This document shows positions 48,163-59,318 of a stretch of DNA of 64,000 bases, in pieces. Position 1 is the stretch's first letter, and the number at the start of each line of letters is the position of its first letter. The notes under the pieces were generated by a model. The model saw only the letters and a list, made by a program, of their open reading frames with translations. It was not told the origin of the DNA and searched no databases. The DNA is from Octopus vulgaris (Eukaryota), in contig OX597834.1 in the NCBI GenBank assembly GCA_951406725.2, forward strand, positions 41,850,001-41,914,000, in the 5' to 3' direction. Position numbers and translations under genes: made by a program.

Positions 48163-51100
48163 GATGGTATTAGTAGTAGTAGTGGTGGTGGTGGTGGTGG
48201 TAATAATGGAGGTGGGGCTGGTAGTAGTAGTAGTAGCAGTAGTAGTGATGGTAGTGGAGGTAACCGACGAAGTGAGGTCAGCACAGGTCAAAGGTAATTC
48301 GGCCATGAACGAACGTAATGTAATCTCGAGACTACATCATCCGAACTACTGTCAAATTCTTTACCTTTGACACGGTCGGATTATGATTTGAAGGCCGATT
48401 GCTTTGGTTCTTCGGTAATTCCGTTTCCCCGTTTGCTAATTGCATTTTGAAGCAGGTATATGCGTGGGCGGTGCTCACACAACATTTGAAAATAGATGCC
48501 GACAACATGACGACGATCATGATAATCCTAATCCGTGATATAATTCTACTTTGGCGGCGTTTGAATGTGTTCGAAGGTTACACATCGAACGGCACTGAAC
48601 CATGGAACAGAATCGGACACGATGGAAATATTTGAAATAAAAAGAAAAAAAATGCTATGAAGGGCTGTGAATTTATGCATCTGTAACCGAAGACAAACAT
48701 TCTATAAAACGTGTAATTTTCTGGAGTCCTGCTGGTGATGGTTGTGGCGGATGATAACGATTCTTACACTATCGGTGCGAAGTGATTGATTTTTAAAATA
48801 AGCGAGAATGTAGAAGGATTTACTAAAATGATAACTTTATCATAATAACTAGCAGTATCGCCCGGCGTTGCTCGGGTTTGTTTCGACCCTTTAGAATTGG
48901 AATTTTTGAAAAGTAAAAAATTTGCATTATGTATCTTGTTATTCTCTTTAAGTGAACATTTTTCTGGTTGAAATGCACCGAAAAATGGCGACACAGCAGT
49001 CAAAAAATCGTAAAAAATAGGGATTTTCATAGAAAAAAAAAGCACCTTTTTGATGTAAATAATCTTTGGCGTTAACATGGTCCGATTTGAATTTTATCTT
49101 CTACGGAATGAAGAGCAAGCCTTCTTCTATCATACTATCAATTTTGGTCAACTTGCGCTGCAAAGTCTCGGAGGAGATAGTGTTAGTTGAAGGCTACCAA
49201 ACGTGTCATATACACAGACAACTTCAGCTTTATATATAGAGAGATTAAGCTAATGTCTGGGACATAACCAAAAATGCTTACATAAAAAAAAAGACAAATA
49301 ATCTATAAAACACATGATGCAATAAATATTACTAGTTCTAACATAAGACACAGTCATAGGTTTTAGGGTTGGGTGGAACGGGTAGTCAACTACATCGACA
49401 CCAGTATTTAGCTGATAATTATTTCATAAAACCTGGAAGGACAAGGGGTAGGATTTGAACTCAAAACCTCAGAACGAAAAGACATGCAACTAAATAATGT
49501 CAAATCATCCAACTTGCTCTTCCGTGTCTGCACATCAACTGCTATATATATATATATATAGTTAACGCTTTCGTTTTCTGGGTGCCCTTTGTCCACTCAC
49601 CCACCCGCGCGTATTGTTATCTTGAAAGAGTCATTACGCCAAAATACAGTAAAATGTGTTTAAATATGGGAATTTACATCAAGAATCTTGCAAACCAACG
49701 CAAAAACGATATATATATTACATGTTACATACATGTATATATTACATAACATAAACCCACACAACGTTTTCTATGCTAACATCATCCGATGCTTTAACAG
49801 AACTTGCATATACACACACGAGTCATCGAGGAAGTATATTTTAATAACAAAAACATTGACGTTTTAATCTACAAAAGGTAAGAAGACTAGTTAAATAATG
49901 CGGTCCTACGCACCCTCAAAAAAAAAAGAGGTGGTTACACTAGAATGCCCTTCAGTGTGGGCAGACGTATCGAAATAACAAAACTTACTCAATACATACT
50001 AGGCAATCATCAACCGATACCATGACGCATTTCACAGAAGTACAAATACGAGAAACAATAAAATAAAAACAGAAACAAGAGAAACTCAACACAAATGTTA
50101 CGTGCAAACAATCCTACATTCTCCAAAAGGAAACACTGCACATAAGAGGACCCGAAGGTGCAGCAAGAAGGTCGCATGAAACTGTTAAATAGGTTACTTA
50201 TTTTAGCACACAACAAAGTACAAAACATATATATTTAAGGACGATTACATGAATTATGTGGAATATATTCAGACATTTAATAAGGAGGTTGTGATATTGG
50301 ATCTCTCATTCAACGATGAGGACTCAAGTTATCTGAAGAAATGAATTACCTGCTTCCTGGAGTAAGGTGTACTCGAATGGGCATTCCACAGTAACATGCG
50401 CCCTGATAAAAACGGCGGGTGTGATAAGGTAGTACCTTCTTGAATTACAGGTAACAGCTATTAGATGAGCTTCAACACAACTTCTGCAACTGGGTTTCAG
50501 TCACAAAGTATGGGTCAACACGGGCCTAGATAACACTTAGTGGGCCCGAACCCGAGACCTCATAGTTGCAAAGCGAACTTTTTAACCGTTCGGCTACACT
50601 GCGCCTACAAGAAGGTTATAGTTGTTCGGTTTAAAAAATGCCTGTTCTAAAGCTTGTATACTTGGAGTGGAAGATAGACTTACTACGTCGCCCGGTTTAA
50701 CGTTAAGGCCTGGTACCTTGGGAACTTATAATGGAATCTAAGTATTTGAGTCGGGTCTCTGGTGTGAAGATCCCTCCCTCCCCGTAATCCCGAAGGCCTA
50801 ATAATGGGTGATAGACACTGCCCTTCACAGGTAATTAGAAGTTAAAAGACAGAAGGTTGCTGAAGCGTGGAATAAACTGCCTGCATCAGTTGTTGACTGC
50901 CATGACACTGCATCCTTTAAGGCCCTCATGCTTCCCGAAATCCGTCGAAACTACACCTGATTATATATACACTTTAGATGAGTTGTAGTGCACCTGAGCA
51001 CTGTACACAATTATTATTATTATATAGAAGGGTCGAGTAACTAAATCGTAACACACTCCTTTGCCATGGCCTGGATCCCTTGCAAGATGATGCGGAATGA

Positions 51101-53444
51101 AAACGTGTCGGCGGTACATAAATGTCTCAAACACTAAAGCTACGGCTTTAAAAAGAGGACTGGTGGTCGAGAAGGCCTGACTGACCAACCTATTCTTACA
51201 CGGACCAGCGACTTTGAGGAGGGACCTAAATGTATGATATATCCTGCAGAGCAATGTAACAAGTATGCGATAAACATTGTCCAAGAAATTCTCCCTGCCA
51301 TAGGAACAGTTCTTGAGAGCCAACTGAGGGCGACTGAAGCAACTGTTAATAAAAAAAAAACAACTTTTCTTTTTTTTTTTAACTAAATTGAAAGCTAATT
51401 GCATGTATAAAGGAGATTATATGGCTGTTTATATTTAATCCCAGCTCAACAATAGTCAAGTGAACCTGTGATCAAAGATGCCCCCGTTGTGAGCATCCCC
51501 TGTACGATTCTAGAAGAAGAAAAAATGAATGCGATTTTGATCAGCATTCAAAGATACATCAGAATTACAGTTTTTGAAAATGACATGAAAGTTTGAGTGT
51601 TTGGAAGAAATTTAACAAGATCCGAACTATATTGTTTAATGTAACCTTCATTTTTGTTAAGGCGATATGGTGATTTGACTGTTATTTCTAGCTGGTCTTT
51701 GTTGACTTGCAGATAATACAATTAGAAACTTGTTGGAAACAAATGAGACTCGATGATTGAGGAATGTCAACGCACCTTAGAGTGTTTTATATTTTTAAAT
51801 CTTCATTTATCTCATTAAGTTTTACGAAATTAACAAGAATTTACGAATATCTGTAAATCCAAAAAGAATATTTTCTTCTATGTAAAATATGGAATTATCT
51901 TTGTTCTGTGAAAGCAATCTGTCACCCGGTTCAATACACCCCTATCTAACTGGCCTTTTGAATATATTTTTAGCAGAGTTCATTCGAACAAGATATATAG
52001 TTTGATGAGAATTTAATTCATGAGTCAGAGTTCCATTCTCTATTTTTTTCCCACCAGTTTCGGAAGCCCTACAAATGTCAATAACATTGAACTGCTTCTT
52101 CTGCTTTAAGCCATACAAAAATTCGGTAAAATAAAGCAATTCTTTATCATTTGAATACGTACTTAAGATTGCTGGGGGGAAGAGAATGGGGGCCCCCCTC
52201 TAGTTGTAGGGTTTGGATTAAAGTGTTTCATTAATTAGTTTTTGTTTCGTTTTATTGTTAGCGAATCGGAAGATACCTTGCGATAGTTGCGCTTTATTGT
52301 CAGGTTCATCTTCGCCTTTCGTCTTTTTGGGGGTCATTAATATAAATGGACAAGTGTAGGACAGGAGTTGAAGCAATTAGCTAACCCCCGCTCCCTCAAA
52401 GTTGCAGGCCTTGAGCTGAAATTAGAATTATTTCATTTTACGTATTTATTCTAATGAAAGATATTCAAACTGCATTCTTTTCGAATTTGCTTTCCATTTA
52501 AGGGTTTTCCTTTCTTATTTCTAACAGGTCCCCGAGTTTTAGCATCCGACGGTTGAGAATATTTTAAGAACCAAGCGAATGGGCCACAACACACACATAC
52601 ACACTCACTCTACTTGCTAGAAACAGCAGCCAAATCTCCCTCAAATCAACCATACCATCTTTAAAAAGAACACAGCGTATATTGTATTCCAGGATAGAAT
52701 ACACTCGAAAACAAGACGAGACGGTAATAGATGGAACACCTCTAGTCAGGACACACCTGAAACTAAACAACAGCAGCTCACGTTCAAGAAATCACCTCAA
52801 ACTTCTCAGTTACTTCAACACCCTGATCTCGGATTGTTTAAAAGGTCTTTAAACAAGAACGCTTCCCATTCAACAGATCAAGGATTATAAAAACAAAATA
52901 ACACTTCTTATAAATTAAAACAGGTAAATTAATTTGGTTGTGGAAAAACAGTAACCATCTCCTTCAAATCGCACCCTACAATCTTTAAAAAAAAAACAAA
53001 GGCAATCGTATCATGTATACGCAGGTAAGAGGTGGTGTATATATGACTGGAACGCAATTGATAATAAATAGATCTGCCAAATTAAGGCTGACCTGTGATT
53101 TAACAATAAACACACGATGCAACAATCAAAAGATACAAGTCAAAGTATATATATTTCTTTACTGCCCACAAGGGACTAAATATCGAGGGTGACAAACAAA
53201 GACAGACAAAGGGATTAAGTCGATTACATCGACCCCAGTGCGAAACTGGTACTTTATTTATGGACTTCGAAAGGATGAAAGGCAAAGTCGACCTCGGCGG
53301 AATTTGCAAAAGATACCAGTCAAAGTATGTATATTATATAATATGGACTGGTGAACGTTTGTGTTTACAAGCGACGAAATAAAAAGTACTTATACACACA
53401 CACACACATAGGGTATATAGAAGCTGAATCCTCCAGCACAAATT

Positions 53445-53511
<67 letters not shown>

Positions 53512-53639
53512 AGTTCAGCAAAAATTTAGATTCAGAAGAATATGGTACCAGAATTTGGTATGGTATTATCCATATAATTCAAAATGAGGTGATTATAATC
53601 AAAATAAGCAACAAGGATTACCTTTGGATATCCTTGTTG

Positions 53640-53709
<70 letters not shown>

Positions 53710-54527
53710 GGCCTTGCATTTAGAACAAATGGTATATGAAATTTATTCAATTCATTGTTTATATGTTGAATGCAAATGTACCGTCAGTGGTTACATATTC
53801 AGTCTGTCTACATATGAACGTAATGAAACTTACACGACATGTATATATACACACACGAAACACTACATATGAACAAACGAGGGAATCTCAATGCGATCGT
53901 TTGAACTGTTAGAAATAGCAGCCAAATTTCCTTGTTGTCTTATTACAATATATGGAGATAAACTGAATGATGTAATGCTACATATGTTTGAAGAAATAAA
54001 CTCAAACATAGGGATGATCATGGTTAGAATGCCTTTGGTTATATAAATAAGTTCTAAAAACCTGGTCTGGAACACAAGCAACGATCCGTTGTAGGCGTAT
54101 GTTTCTCTCTCTATCTATCTATCTATCTGTTTCTCTCTCTCTCTCTCTGTTTCTCTCTCTCTATCTATCTATCTCTATGTTTCTCTCTCTCTCTTCTATC
54201 TCTCTATGTTTCTCTCTCTCTATCTATCTATCTCTGTTTCTCTCTCTCTCTCTCTCTCTATGTTTCTCTCTATCTATCTATGTTTCTCTCTCTCTCTGTG
54301 CAAGTATGCGCGTCCGCGCTTATGTTAAGCAATTACCATGAATTGTAGAAGTGACTAGATTATGCAACAAAGAAGGTGGATATTGTGGGATTTCTCTACT
54401 CACCTAGACCTCCAAACACTCCAACGCCTTTGGCCATGAATTTAAACCACCAGGAAATCCCATCGTTGTTTTGAGGCTTTGCTGTGGTTGTTTGAGTAAG
54501 AATAGGAGACCCTATGTTTTCCATCAT
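33258..54527 (-). CDS. CACFD1: Calcium channel flower homolog (fwe), 5 coding exons, 183 aa
   Basis: Exons 54404-54527, 39405-39477, 37217-37342, 34654-34761 and 33258-33378 sum to 552 nt in one frame: MMENIGS...[27 protein letters not shown]...[12 protein letters not shown]...HWQKAMFY...[17 protein letters not shown]...LPK*. The WW, E(A/G)PxCC, WQKAxFY and [15 protein letters not shown] motifs are Flower hallmarks. Confidence 0.95.
34272..34587. mobile_element. Older hAT-type MITE; fragments also at about 26723-27652 (SINE-interrupted) and 43370-43673
   Basis: cagtggttctcaac...gttgaggttccctg termini; 8-bp TSD ATCTACAG. Confidence 0.8.
34654..34761 (-). CDS. CACFD1: flower exon 4 (SSLIPIVMC...[14 protein letters not shown])
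   Basis: ttttgcag acceptor, gtaagt donor, 108 nt, phase 2 to 2. Confidence 0.94.
34831..35054. mobile_element. mariner-type MITE (degenerate)
   Basis: TIRs gggg..ctgaaaagttcctgg/ccaggaacttttcagcacccc. Confidence 0.7.
37217..37342 (-). CDS. CACFD1: flower exon 3 ([20 protein letters not shown]...WQKAMFYT)
   Basis: ctgcag acceptor, gtaagt donor, 126 nt, phase 2 to 2. Confidence 0.94.
38178..38578 (+). mobile_element. Full-length tRNA-derived SINE (family A, CORE-like ccttgggcaagt segment, internal TA/TG microsatellite); other copies at about 23358-23753(+), 37431-37856(-), 16757-17150(-), 18030-18397(-), 26990-27380(+) and 61955-62335(-)
   Basis: A box (tggctgtgtgg), B box (ggttcagtccc), conserved body, aagtaaaagag tail; many near-identical copies. 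Confidence 0.9.
38938..39156. mobile_element. hAT-type MITE, same family as 55693 in the opposite orientation
   Basis: TIRs cagtgcttttcaa/ttgaaaaccactg; perfect TSD GTGTAAAT. Confidence 0.92.
39405..39477 (-). CDS. CACFD1: flower exon 2 ([25 protein letters not shown])
   Basis: tttcag acceptor, gtaagt donor, 73 nt, phase 1 to 2. Confidence 0.92.
40858..41358 (-). mobile_element. RTE LINE 3' end (ORF end, 3' UTR and (GAT)n tail)
   Basis: [26 protein letters not shown] runs into the shared aggaagggcatccag...ggacgttaaac(gat)n tail. Confidence 0.85.
42470..43102 (-). mobile_element. CR1/L2-group LINE RT C-terminal fragment interrupted by a TA-flanked repeat
   Basis: WSPY....IAELEAVQ....[13 protein letters not shown] and [19 protein letters not shown]...FKRELD..L..IPDEP. 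Confidence 0.75.
44108..44270. repeat. Imperfect (TG)n microsatellite
   Basis: Direct reading. Confidence 0.95.
44527..44748. mobile_element. piggyBac-type MITE; copies at 6935-7155 and 11422-11643
   Basis: TIRs CCCTTTCGTTAC/GTAACGAAAGGG flanked by TTAA on both sides; all three copies are TTAA-flanked. Confidence 0.88.
46416..46874 (+). mobile_element. Second Helitron-like family; inverted copy at about 8579-8958
   Basis: 5' TCTATTA...(TGTC)n and 3' ggacgggggtggcgttttgcttg; the body matches the reverse complement of 8579-8958. Confidence 0.65.
47950..48260. repeat. Compound (GTA/GTG)n microsatellite
   Basis: Direct reading. Confidence 0.95.
48849..49240 (-). mobile_element. Non-autonomous Helitron-like element with the same 3' terminus as the 6240 copy
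   Basis: The minus strand starts TCTATATATAAAG and ends cccgagcaacgccgggcgatactgCTAG. Confidence 0.75.
50850..51022 (+). mobile_element. CR1-group LINE 3' end with a (TTA)n tail; older homolog at about 15050-15800
   Basis: [13 protein letters not shown]......SFK...* followed by a short 3' UTR and ttattatta. Confidence 0.7.
54100..54298. repeat. (CT)n/(CTAT)n compound microsatellite near the flower exon 1 donor
   Basis: Direct reading. Confidence 0.9.
54404..54527 (-). CDS. CACFD1: flower coding exon 1 ([10 protein letters not shown]...[17 protein letters not shown])
   Basis: ATG start, gtgagt donor, phase 1. Confidence 0.9.
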
Positions 54528-54599
54528 ATTTTTCTTTCCTCTCCCTTTTTAATCAATGAATTCGCCTGTATACGATTTCCGTGCGGGGGCTTCTTTTGC

Positions 54600-54725
54600 T
54601 TTGAATACCTGTAATTAACTGCTCACTTCCGCGTTTAGCTGTCGTTGTCTTTCTATCACCTGTATCAGACCAAAAAAACAAAGCAACTTCTGAAACAGGT
54701 TTGATTGGACTTGATTGGATTTTAA
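54600..54725 (-). promoter_or_regulatory. Putative flower proximal promoter
   Basis: ETS-type CACTTCCG at 54624-54631 and two CCAAT boxes (ttgattgg at 54701 and 54711) 100-190 bp upstream of the ATG; CpGs locally retained. Confidence 0.45.
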
Positions 54726-55104
54726 AGCAATGAGAGGAGAGGAAAACCCGATATCAGAGGCAAAACTTGTAATTTTTGCGGTTCCGTCGATGTTTCCGTA
54801 TCTTCCCTAAAACAATGAATGGGTGAAGGACTGATGGATGGTATTAGTATTTCGTTCGGTGACTAATTGAATGAAATCTCATCAAACTGAGAAGCCCCAT
54901 GACGTGGAGATGTTGACAGTAGTCGACAAAAACTTAATAAGCTGACGGTGAACAACGAAACATGGTTACCGATGAAAATTTATCCGCGATTTATGCAGCA
55001 GTTTCTCTCTCCTCCACCCCCTACCTTTTGTTTTAAATATTTTGGGTGTGTGTACATATGTGGCAGGGTTGTTTAGAGCTACATCATCCGTGAAGGGGTA
55101 AACG

Positions 55105-55501
55105 GGTACTACTTGAGAACAGTCGACTTTGCCTTTCATCCTTTCGGGGGGGGGGGTCGATAAATTAAGTACCAGTTATGCACTAGGGATGATGTACTCG
55201 ACTTAATCCCTTTGTCTGTCCTTGTTTGTCCCCTCTGTGTTTAGCCCCTTGTGGGTGGTAAAGAAATAGGTACTACTTGAGAACAGTGGTCCCGGTGCGC
55301 GCACTCGCGTTGTCGCGCATCCGCGCTAGCTAGTCGTGACTAGTCGATCCTACAACGACTACCTAGCAAAGTAAATAAAACACAAAATAAATAATTTTTT
55401 TTACACAAAGTAAATAACACAAAAACACAAAGTAAGGATCGATTAGTCATGACTAGCTAGCGCGAGTGCGCGCACCGAGACCACTATTCCCAAGTAGTAC
55501 C
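55105..55501. mobile_element. CpG-rich long-TIR MITE (SINE-interrupted); copies at 57098-57317 and about 63547-63819
   Basis: Termini ggtactacttgagaacagtggtc.cggtgcgcgcactcgcg and the inverse, with subterminal ctagctagtcgtgactagtcgatc. Confidence 0.85.
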
Positions 55502-55692
55502 AGGGTAAGCTTAGGGTCATAGGCGTTCTAGGTCGTTAACCTGACGAGAATTTTTGGCTGGTCGACAACCACATAAAATCTTCTTTTTTTGGGTCTTGTT
55601 TTTGTTGTTGAGCACCAAGTCAAGCATGACCGAGCAGACAATGGTTAAATGCATTCCAGCCATGAACATCTTGTCTCTTTAAGTGTCTATAG

Positions 55693-55893
55693 CAGTGGTT
55701 TTCAACCAGGGTTCCGCCAGTACAGTCCAGGGGTTCCGCAAGAAGTTACCAAACTGCTAAAATCGGCAGTAATTTTTAATTCTCCTGTGCAGATATGTGT
55801 GCATAAGACTATTAAATTATTGCACAGGGGTTCCTCGAGCCAGTGGAATGTTTCCTTGGGGTTCCGCTCCAGCAAAAAGTTTGAAAACCACTG
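55693..55893. mobile_element. hAT-type MITE with an 8-bp TSD
   Basis: TIRs CAGTGGTTTTCAA/TTGAAAACCACTG; perfect TSD GTCTATAG on both sides. Confidence 0.92.
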
Positions 55894-56477
55894 GTCTATA
55901 GAACTGTGTTATCTAGTGTGTTACTTCTTTATTTAAAACAACTGTGTAAATTTGAAGGGAATTTTACTGCTATTTCTAGCATGTCGAGTCACGCCGCACG
56001 AAACATGAACATAATTCAACAGTTCTTCAAATTCCTCCGAGATCGACTTTGACTTTCATCCTTTCGGAGTCGATAAATAAAGTACCAACTTCGCACTGGG
56101 GTCGATATAATCGACTTGATCCCTTTGTCCTTGTTTGCCCCCTCTGTGTTTAGCCCCCTGTGGGCAATAAAGAAATAGGTATTTCGTCAGTTCTCTATTC
56201 ATTATTTTCGAGAAGAAAGAAAAACATCGACGGGATTCTGTTGGATCATCTATACTCCAGTTGCTAGAAGTAGCCTCTGGTCAGTCTTTATATCAAAAGT
56301 ATTCCAGTCGTGACCATCCTGTCTTTTGGACGTATTCGTTTCAGAATAGATACTTTTGGTACTTATTTCGCTTTAGTATGGATTTTCTAATCCCTGCTTC
56401 TAAATTACACGATGCTATTTTTTTAAAGATGCTCTTTAGATTCATGTTTTGAATACCAGACATTCCTGAAGAAAATA

Positions 56478-56620
56478 TAAGGTTGTCCCAAAAGTTCGTA
56501 GAAAGTCTTGGAAAATAATGGTCTTTATTTTGAGGAATAATTTTTGTTGTTTTTGTTAGTACTTGGCGAGTAAAAATTCAATTTTCGCAAGTGTTTACGA
56601 ACTTTTGGGACAACCTAATA
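56478..56620. mobile_element. mariner-type MITE
   Basis: TIRs ggttgtcccaaaagttcgta/tacgaacttttgggacaacc in a TA context. Confidence 0.8.
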
Positions 56621-57363
56621 CAAATTTAGTTTTGATTTCTTTAATAATTATTTTTCATCCAGAAAATGAACAGATCTAAGGATTTACAATAAAAAATATC
56701 GATTTATTGTTACAGGATATTTAATTAACATAGATATTCCTCATTGAAATATAAATCCAAAGCGGAAGAAAGGAAGAAAGAAGGAAAACAAAACATTAAT
56801 TCCAAACGAAGAACATCAATCGTGGATCAACGGAACTGACAGAAATCAAGCAAATACTTTCGCGGCATTTCTGCCTGCGATGGCGAGGCGAAGGCACTGG
56901 AACAGCCAAGCACCCATAACGGCTATCATTTGGCACTTAGGTGCAACCATGCATGAACACGTATACATATTCGCACACACACACAGGTGCACATTCCCAT
57001 ACGCGCACAATTATATTCAAACACACGTCTAAAAATACGCACATGCTCACTCACACTGGCGGGAAGCGCATGGATGTACACCCATATATATATATATGGT
57101 ACTACGTGAGAACAGTGGTCTCGGTGCGCGCACTCGCGTACTTGCGCATCCGCACTAGCTAGTCGTGACTAGTCGATCGTGCAACGGCTACCTAGCAAAG
57201 TAAATAAAACACAAAAACACAAAGTAAATAACACACAAAAACGCAAAATAAAGATCGACTAATCATGACTAGCTAGCGCGAGTGCGCGCACCGGGACCTC
57301 TGTTCTGAAGTAGTGCCGTAATTTACATGAATTAAAATATTAAAGTAACCGGAATATATATAT

Positions 57364-57424
<61 letters not shown>

Positions 57425-59318
57425 ACAAATTAATTTTAAAAGGAAATACTTTATTTTAGATGCAGTTATAAAGTTAATCCCGCAGTAAATGCAATTAGTG
57501 ATGAACCTGGAATTCCTGGAAGAAGTTTGACTTGTAAACAATCGGTTCCAACCGTTAAGAAGCTGTTGAATACGGGTGTGTAGAACCAATATTATCTTGT
57601 TTGATTTCACTTTATTATTATAAAACAATAGCAGTAATTTTATGGGATTTAGGTGCTATTTCTAGCAGATTTAGCGACAGTGTAGGATTTACTGAAGTAT
57701 ATTTAATTAATTTTGCTTATTTTTAATTACTTTCTCCGCACTACTTTTTGCACCTCAGTTTTATTATTATAAGTTGTGTTGTTTTAATTTATTTACATTA
57801 TAATTCATGTTATTTTCTGGTGATCTTTAGTTTTAGGGACGTATATCGGAGGAAGAAAAATATAAATGGATAAATGCAACTCGAAGGAATGCCATATATA
57901 TATATATATATCTATATATATATATATATATATATATATGGTATATATTTAAGATTTTCGGTTAATGTTGACATTATTACTCGGAAACGAAATCGAAGAA
58001 GAAAAAAAGAAAGAAATAGTGCAACGGGTGTAAAAACAAAAAAGAGTGTAGGAAATAAATATGGGCTAAATTTCGATATGAGTATAAGATCGTCCAAATA
58101 TGGAAACAAAAATGCTCGGAAAGCAACATGAGATGCGGGTGTATATAAACGGCAGAGGTAAAGAATTCGTATGCCAACCGTTTTCCGGGTAACAAAAACC
58201 CTAACCTTAAACACCGGGTGTACGTATTCTTTACTTTCGCCGTTTTAAGCATCTAACATTGCAATTGTGCAAAACTAAATGTTCGGGTTTTTCTTTGTTT
58301 TAATGATAATTTGACAGACATGTGATCGGAAGAGTGCTCAACAAATTATGAGGCATGTCAATATATTCACAGGTACTACTACTAATAATAATGTATTTCT
58401 ATGTTTAGCCACAAGGGGCTAAACATAGAGGGGACAAACAAGGACAGACAAAGGGATTAAGTCGATTACATCGATCCTCAGTTGGAAACTGGTACTTTAT
58501 TTAAATATTATTGATTGCTTTTTTTTTTGTTTGCAGGAAATCAATCGATGCAATGTGAATATTTCATCCGTTATTCCACTCACTAGGGGGTCATCTTTTA
58601 TGAAAAGAAGAAAGCATCGGAGTCTTAGTTTGGGTTAAATTCAGAATGTGAGATAACTTCTACTTCTTTCATTTCTGTCATCCAGCTTTATATATAAGTC
58701 CCAGTGCCTTACCAATTGTTTTACATTTTGTTTGTTAAAATTAAAAAAATATTTCTAAGGATCGTTCAATAAATATCTGCAGACTTATGTATTGATGCAA
58801 TAAAACATATTTGCTATTTTACTGTTGATTGGTAAAGGAAATTTGTGACTATGAGAATTACACCATGTTGATTTTATATTATAGAATGGAGTGTTTCAGT
58901 GGTGCCTTTTCTGTTTTCATAAACTGATTAGGGTACTCATTAGTCTTCTGTGACTACTTCAACAAATAATGCGAACTCTGTCCTTCTCTGAAAAAGGTTA
59001 TATTAAGATCAAAACTTCTTCAAAATTGTCTCATACTTGCCAAAATAAATTCAAACAATATTAGTCATTGGCTAATAATGTATAGTTTTAAATATTGCAT
59101 TAAGTGTGTTTGACACAATGTTATGTATTATATGAAGTGACTTTGATTTTAAGAAACTCTTTTATGAATATTTATTTGGCATTTAGTGAGACTGTAAACA
59201 AGTTGTAACTTTTTGTTGACAAAGGCACTTGAAGATCGTGTGAGATTGAACGGTGTTATAGATGAAAATTGTGCTTTCATTTCAATTTAAAAAATAATAT
59301 TAGTGAAATTGAAAAATT

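Noticed and set aside
47887-48370. Poly-Thr, poly-Val and Leu/Pro ORFs that look mucin-like
   Set aside because: They are translations of a (GTA/GTG)n microsatellite inside flower intron 1.
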